A DNA stretch of 28,052 nt, taken from positions 1 through 28,052 of IMG/VR virus record IMGVR_UViG_3300010263_000005; one strand, 5' to 3'. Below the pieces are notes generated by a model. The model was not told the DNA's origin, did no database searches, and was given only the letters and a program-made list of their open reading frames with translations. The translations under genes were made by a program, and so were the position numbers. Below, piece by piece: positions 25,626 through 28,052 of the stretch; within the stretch, counting starts at the first letter, position 1; each line of letters starts with the position of its first letter. The stretch comes from a virus. Lineage: Duplodnaviria; Caudoviricetes.

Positions 25626-26057
25626 ATGGCTCATATACCATATGGTTATATGATTAAAAACGGAAGAGCGGTTATTGATGAAGAAGCAGCGAACCGGGTA
25701 AAAAAACTGTTCGCGGCTTACCTCTCCGGTCTTTCATTAATGGATGCTGCCCAACAAGCGGGCATCAAGCGCTGCCATACTTCTATAGCAAGAATGCTGA
25801 CCTGCATACGGTATCTCGGAGATGGATTTTATCCTACTCTCATTGACGAGGATATCTTTAAACAAGCTGAAGCCGAAAGAATGAAAAGGGCGCGGATGCT
25901 TGGCAGAATTTACGATTCAGCGACACCAAAAACAGTCCCAGTGAGAATGCACTTTGCGGCACCCTCTCCGGAGACGCTATATGAAGACCCTTTTGCTCAG
26001 GCGGAATATGCCTATAGTTTGATTGAAAGCGAGGTGATAGCGGATGCAGAATCTTAG
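25626..26057 (+). CDS. Small recombinase-domain accessory protein
   Basis: HIPYGY...[19 protein letters not shown] and YLGD.FYP.LID motifs. Has no catalytic domain and sits between the two large recombinases. Confidence 0.85.
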   Translation: MAHIPYGYMIKNGRAVIDEEAANRVKKLFAAYLSGLSLMDAAQQAGIKRCHTSIARMLTCIRYLGDGFYPTLIDEDIFKQAEAERMKRARMLGRIYDSATPKTVPVRMHFAAPSPETLYEDPFAQAEYAYSLIESEVIADAES

Positions 26058-27615
26058 GAACGTTACGATTATACCGGCGCGTGTTCGTGTTGGGAATTCG
26101 GTAATAGCGGAAGAGAAGCCCAAACTACGGGTTGCCGCCTACTGTCGTGTTTCTACGGACAGCGACGAACAGGCATCCAGCTATGAAGTACAGATTGAGC
26201 ATTACACGAATTATATTCGTAATAACGTGGAGTGGGAACTGGCTGGAATCTATGCCGACGATGGAATTACCGGAACCAACACTAAAAAACGGGAAGAATT
26301 CAATCGCATGATTGAGGACTGCATGGAAGGTAAAATCGACATGATCATCACCAAGTCAATCAGCCGGTTTGCCCGGAACACTCTGGATTGCCTAAAATAC
26401 ATTCGTCAGCTGAAAGATAAAAACATTCCGGTCTTCTTCGAGAAAGAGAATATCAATACCATGGATTCCAAAGGCGAGATTATGCTGACCATTATGGCTT
26501 CTCTTGCTCAGCAGGAAAGCCAATCCTTGAGCCAGAACGTGAAACTTGGTATTCAGTATCGTTACCAGCAAGGAGAAATACAAATCAACCACAATCGATT
26601 CTTGGGGTACACCAAGGATGAGAACAAACGGTTAGTTGTTGTTCCTGAAGAAGCAGAAGTGGTAAAACGCATCTACTCAGAGTATCTTGAAGGAGCGAGT
26701 CTTTTGCAGATTGCACGAGGTCTGGAAGCGGACGGAATTCTCACCGCAGCCCATAAACCAAAGTGGAGACCGGAAACTTTGAGAAAGATACTGCAAAATG
26801 AAAAGTACATCGGTGATGCTTTACTTCAAAAAACTTATACGGTTGATTTCCTCTCTAAGAAACGAGTAGTGAATAACGGTATTGTTCCTCAATATTATGT
26901 GGAAAATAATCATGAGCCAATCATCCCACGTGAAATCTTCATGCAGGTTCGGGAAGAAATGGTTCGAAGAGCGAACTTACACTCGGGAAAGGATGGAAAG
27001 AAGAGAGTTTACAGTAGCAGATATACCCTTTCTGGTATTGTGTGTTGCGGAGAGTGCGGTGATATTTATCGACGAGTACATTGGAATAACCGAGGTTACA
27101 AATCTATTGTTTGGAGATGCGTCAGCCGATTGGAGGAAAAAGGGTCTGAATGCACTGCCCCTACCATAAATGAGGAAACATTGCAGAAAGCAGTTGTTAA
27201 GGCTATTAACGAACTTTTGGCTAACAAAGACTCATTCCTCAAGGTGCTACAGAAAAATATAGCTACTGTATTTAATGGAGAAAATGATAATGCCACCGTT
27301 GATATTGATGGCAAATTGGAAGAATTGCAACAACAGCTTCTAATCCAAGCAAAGTCCAAGAATGACTATGAAGATGTGGCTGATGAAATTTATCGGCTTC
27401 GTGAATTGAAGCAAAATGCACTAGTTGAAAATGCAGAGCGAGAAGGAAAAAGGCAACGAATCGCTGAAATGACTGATTTCTTGAATGAACAATCCTGTGA
27501 GTTGGAGGAATATGATGAACAGTTAGTAAGGCGACTTATTGAGAAAGTAACGATATATGAAGATAAGCTCACCGTTGAATTCAAGTCTGGGATTGAGATT
27601 GACGAAGAGATATAG
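26044..27615 (+). CDS. Large serine recombinase (second copy)
   Basis: [34 protein letters not shown] and a C-terminal [11 protein letters not shown]...VEFKSG. Confidence 0.96.
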   Translation: MQNLRNVTIIPARVRVGNSVIAEEKPKLRVAAYCRVSTDSDEQASSYEVQIEHYTNYIRNNVEWELAGIYADDGITGTNTKKREEFNRMIEDCMEGKIDMIITKSISRFARNTLDCLKYIRQLKDKNIPVFFEKENINTMDSKGEIMLTIMASLAQQESQSLSQNVKLGIQYRYQQGEIQINHNRFLGYTKDENKRLVVVPEEAEVVKRIYSEYLEGASLLQIARGLEADGILTAAHKPKWRPETLRKILQNEKYIGDALLQKTYTVDFLSKKRVVNNGIVPQYYVENNHEPIIPREIFMQVREEMVRRANLHSGKDGKKRVYSSRYTLSGIVCCGECGDIYRRVHWNNRGYKSIVWRCVSRLEEKGSECTAPTINEETLQKAVVKAINELLANKDSFLKVLQKNIATVFNGENDNATVDIDGKLEELQQQLLIQAKSKNDYEDVADEIYRLRELKQNALVENAEREGKRQRIAEMTDFLNEQSCELEEYDEQLVRRLIEKVTIYEDKLTVEFKSGIEIDEEI

Positions 27616-27662
27616 AATATTAACCGCCAATTAGGGGCTAGCACCCTTTGGCGGTTAATATT
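27616..27662. terminator. Perfect 15-bp inverted repeat after the recombinase (terminator or binding site)
   Basis: AATATTAACCGCCAA (27616-27630) / TTGGCGGTTAATATT (27648-27662), followed by a T-rich tract. Confidence 0.7.
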
Positions 27663-27682
27663 GGATTTTTTTAATTTTAAAG

Positions 27683-27711
27683 TTGCTTAAAACGACTTGT
27701 TGTGTTAAAAT
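27683..27711 (+). promoter_or_regulatory. Promoter of the mef leader transcript
   Basis: TTGCTT (27683-27688), 17-nt spacer, TAAAAT (27706-27711), with an extended -10 TG at 27703-27704. Confidence 0.75.
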
Positions 27712-27751
27712 ATACGCTGATACAAATAAGAATTTAGGAGGAACCGAAACT

Positions 27752-27778
27752 ATGACAGCCTCAATACGTTTAAGATAA
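27752..27778 (+). CDS. Macrolide-sensing leader peptide MTASIRLR (mef leader)
   Basis: RBS TAGGAGG, then ATG ACA GCC TCA ATA CGT TTA AGA TAA. Contains the RLR macrolide arrest motif and differs by one residue from the known mef(E) leader MTASMRLR. Confidence 0.88.
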   Translation: MTASIRLR

Positions 27779-27787
27779 GTTGGCAAT

Positions 27788-27982
27788 AAAAAAAGCAGAA
27801 TCTATCCTCGATGATAGGCTTTTTTGTTGTGCTTATTTATACGATATTGAGCATTCATTAGTTACGGTGAGATATAAGTTATTTAACTATACCTTTATTT
27901 AACTATGTCTTTAATATGAATGTTTCCAAATTGTATGTATGCAGACCAAAAGCCACATTGTGGATTTAGGCCTGCATTTTTT
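27788..27982 (+). promoter_or_regulatory. mef attenuator region with terminator hairpins
   Basis: Hairpin AAAAAAGC..CTATC/GATAG-GCTTTTTT at about 27788-27826, and ATGCAG.CC.AA..CCAC/GTGG.TT..GG.CTGCAT-TTTTT at 27939-27982. Confidence 0.75.
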
Positions 27983-28044
27983 ATTGCCTAGAATGCTATT
28001 CAAAATAGAAATTCAAGCAAAATAATATGCAGGAGATAATATAA

Positions 28045-28052
28045 ATGGAAAA
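28045..28052 (+). CDS. mef(A): Start of macrolide efflux MFS transporter (truncated by the window edge)
   Basis: AGGAGATAATATAA-ATGGAAAA matches the recalled mef(A)/mef(E) start (MEK...) and follows the leader and attenuator. Only 8 nt are visible, so the allele cannot be resolved. Confidence 0.7.

Larger units (their letters stand above)
1..27615 (+). mobile_element. Prophage (siphovirus morphology): packaging, head, tail, lysis and integration modules
   Basis: Collinear terS-terL-portal-protease-MCP-neck-tail-holin-amidase-recombinases with no tail sheath gene. It extends beyond the left edge, and the right att site was not identified. Confidence 0.95.

Noticed and set aside
71-27644. Numerous antisense and alternate-frame ORFs in the track (e.g. 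645..1175, 3612..4313, 8324..8866, 9654..10169)
   Set aside because: They overlap confidently assigned phage genes and show no motifs; they are shadow ORFs expected in moderately GC-rich coding DNA.
27616-27662. Inverted repeat as the attR site
   Set aside because: It cannot be tested without the left prophage end, and its position after a stop codon with a T-rich tail fits a terminator at least as well.
1-28052. CRISPR array or IS element
   Set aside because: No regularly spaced direct repeats and no transposase-like ORF were seen.

Overview
The window is the right-hand part of a temperate siphovirus-type prophage from a Bacillota (Firmicutes)-type host, and almost all of it is on the + strand. 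Gene order: putative cos region, P27-family small terminase, ParB-fused DNA methyltransferase, two conserved accessory genes, large terminase, HK97-type head genes, neck and tail genes, a lysis region, and a SHOCT-like gene plus three serine-recombinase-family genes. Directly downstream lie the complete mef(A)/mef(E)-type promoter, leader peptide (MTASIRLR) and attenuator, plus the first codons of the probable mef macrolide-efflux gene. Three things stand out. (1) An AT-rich antisense cassette between terL and portal pairs a PBECR/RelE-fold nuclease-like gene with a separately promoted, terminated, four-way-junction small RNA, a candidate new RNA-antitoxin or defence module. (2) A probable -1 frameshift at the end of an LL-H-type holin-like gene would add a 58-aa beta-strand extension ending in an outer-membrane beta-signal-like ...FGVYFTMRF, a candidate recoded spanin-like protein missed by the ORF track. 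(3) An intact phage recombinase module abuts an inducible mef resistance locus. All family assignments come from motif recognition and synteny; no searches were run.
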